A DNA stretch of 64,000 nucleotides, taken from NCBI GenBank assembly GCA_965661285.1, contig CBFIDD010000003.1, positions 160,001 through 224,000 on the forward strand, given 5' to 3'. A model generated the notes under the pieces. The model did not search any database. It was given only the letters and a program-made list of their open reading frames with translations, and was not told where the DNA came from. Positions 62,646 through 64,000 of the stretch are shown here, piece by piece (positions within the stretch are counted from its first letter, which is position 1; each line of letters opens with the position of its first letter). A program made the translations under genes and the position numbers. Origin of the DNA: Poseidonia sp. (lineage in GTDB: Archaea; Thermoplasmatota; Poseidoniia; Poseidoniales; Poseidoniaceae).

Positions 62646-64000
62646 CACCCCCGTTGGCTTGTGGCAGCGCCGGCAATTGGTCAAGCGGGATGAGTTCGGG
62701 AACGGGTTGCCGGATGCCGGGTGTGTTCATGAGTTCGGTCTCCTTTTCCTCCATCAAGCGGTCGATCAACTCGCTGCGACGGCGAGCGCCTTTGACAACA
62801 AATGCCGCAAGTGCGCCGAGGAGGAAACCTGCGCTGATGACCGCATAGGTCAGCCACGAGGCAGCAGGGTCTTCGCCCATGATGGCGACAGCAGCGGCAA
62901 AGCCGCCATACGCGTCCGACCACCCGTCACCGTTGCCATCGGGACACCCTTGGACGTCGCGTTCGGAGGTGCCCGGTTCGGTGGGGCAATCATCACGGAA
63001 AGCTCCCAGAGGAAGGTCACCAAACCCGTCCTCGTCGGTGTCCATCCACTGAAGGGATTCGGTGGGGAAGGCGTCGCCCAGGCCGAAGGGATGTGCAGGC
63101 CAAGCGTCGGTGGGGTCGGACCAACCGTCCCCGTCCGTGTCCCGACAACCCAAGCGGTCGAGGAGCGAAGTCCCACGCATTTCGGGGCAGGCATCCCCTT
63201 GGTGACCATCCAAGCGGTCACCAAAACCATCTCCGTCGGAATCTCGCCATTGTGTCGGCTCGTGAATAAACGCATCACCGAGGTCTGACCATCCATCACC
63301 GTCGGTGTCCTTGCATCCCCACCGGTCACCGCCAGCGGATGGCCCGACCGAAGTACCGGCTACGGTGGGGCAGACATCAGCGGTGGTTCCTCGGGGGTTA
63401 TCGCCCCGTCCATCACCGTCTGAATCGTGCCACTGCGTCGGGTCCTCTGGCCATGCATCACCCGAACCGCCCGGACTGGCAAGCCAGTAGGAGGTGGGGT
63501 CCGACCAACCGTCTCCGTCGCCATCGGGGCAGCCCCAGCGATCGAAGGTGGATTCACCTTGTGTGGTTCGGCACCCATCGGGACGATAGGATGCACGCCA
63601 GGTCTGTCCGTCGAAGTATTCCTCGTTATCCCCGTAGCCATCATCATCGGTGTCGTGCCACTGTGAGGGATCGTCTGGGAAGGCATCGGCGAAGCCGTTT
63701 GGATGGGCAATCCAAAGATCGGTCGGGTCGGAGTAGCCGTCCTTGTCCACGTCTCGGCAACCGAGCCGGTCAAAGCGACTGATCCAGCCAGAGTCAACTT
63801 CCTCGGGAGTGGAATCGACACAGACATCGCCCTCAAAACCGGTTACGTTGTCGCCGTAGCCATCGCCATCGGTATCTCTGAACTGCGAAGGAACGAAGGG
63901 GAAGTCATCGATTTGCGTTGCGCCGTAGGTTTGGTTATCGCCCCATCCATCGCCGTCGGTATCTCGCCATTGGGTCGGGTTGAACGGGAAATCATCAATG
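62632..64000 (-). CDS. TSP3-repeat membrane-anchored surface protein, 5' end truncated by the window
   Basis: Frame is open from the window end (IDDFPFNPTQWRDTDGDGWGDN...); repeated DRxGCxDxDGDGWSD and QWxDxDGDGxGD units; C-terminal TM helix. Confidence 0.9.
   Translation of the reverse strand, partial: IDDFPFNPTQWRDTDGDGWGDNQTYGATQIDDFPFVPSQFRDTDGDGYGDNVTGFEGDVCVDSTPEEVDSGWISRFDRLGCRDVDKDGYSDPTDLWIAHPNGFADAFPDDPSQWHDTDDDGYGDNEEYFDGQTWRASYRPDGCRTTQGESTFDRWGCPDGDGDGWSDPTSYWLASPGGSGDAWPEDPTQWHDSDGDGRGDNPRGTTADVCPTVAGTSVGPSAGGDRWGCKDTDGDGWSDLGDAFIHEPTQWRDSDGDGFGDRLDGHQGDACPEMRGTSLLDRLGCRDTDGDGWSDPTDAWPAHPFGLGDAFPTESLQWMDTDEDGFGDLPLGAFRDDCPTEPGTSERDVQGCPDGNGDGWSDAYGGFAAAVAIMGEDPAASWLTYAVISAGFLLGALAAFVVKGARRRSELIDRLMEEKETELMNTPGIRQPVPELIPLDQLPALPQANGGDERA

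Overview
This is a gene-dense chromosomal segment of an archaeon, most likely Marine Group II (Ca. Poseidoniales). That assignment is inferred from an archaeal-type tRNA-Gln starting AGTCCC, RibL FAD synthase, Rqc2/NEMF, a PGF-CTERM sorting signal, several thrombospondin-3 repeat surface proteins and many bacterial-type genes (gpsA, orn, rph, alpha-type riboflavin synthase). It holds about 54 CDS and two tRNAs (Gln-CTG, Phe-GAA). These include molybdenum-hydroxylase and Moco genes, a riboflavin operon, peptidases and large surface proteins. I found no CRISPR array, integrase or transposase. The best candidate for an undescribed system is at 34155-36850. It is a PhnDCE-like ABC transporter whose lipoprotein looks like a single transferrin lobe, with all four Fe(III) ligands (Asp, Tyr, Tyr, His), the SCHTGxx[R/K]SAG carbonate motif and the conserved Cys pair. 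Its putative TATA box lies between two TTTAGG-N4-CCTAAA palindromes resembling DtxR-family metal-repressor operators. The second candidate is an archaeal H-NOX heme sensor paired with a partner that has the usual H-NOX-partner N-terminal helix but no kinase or cyclase, only a membrane anchor and a TerB-like tail. Other observations are a pseudo-receiver gene with no canonical start codon and a decayed dolichol-kinase-like gene. All family calls come from motif recognition by eye; no searches were run.
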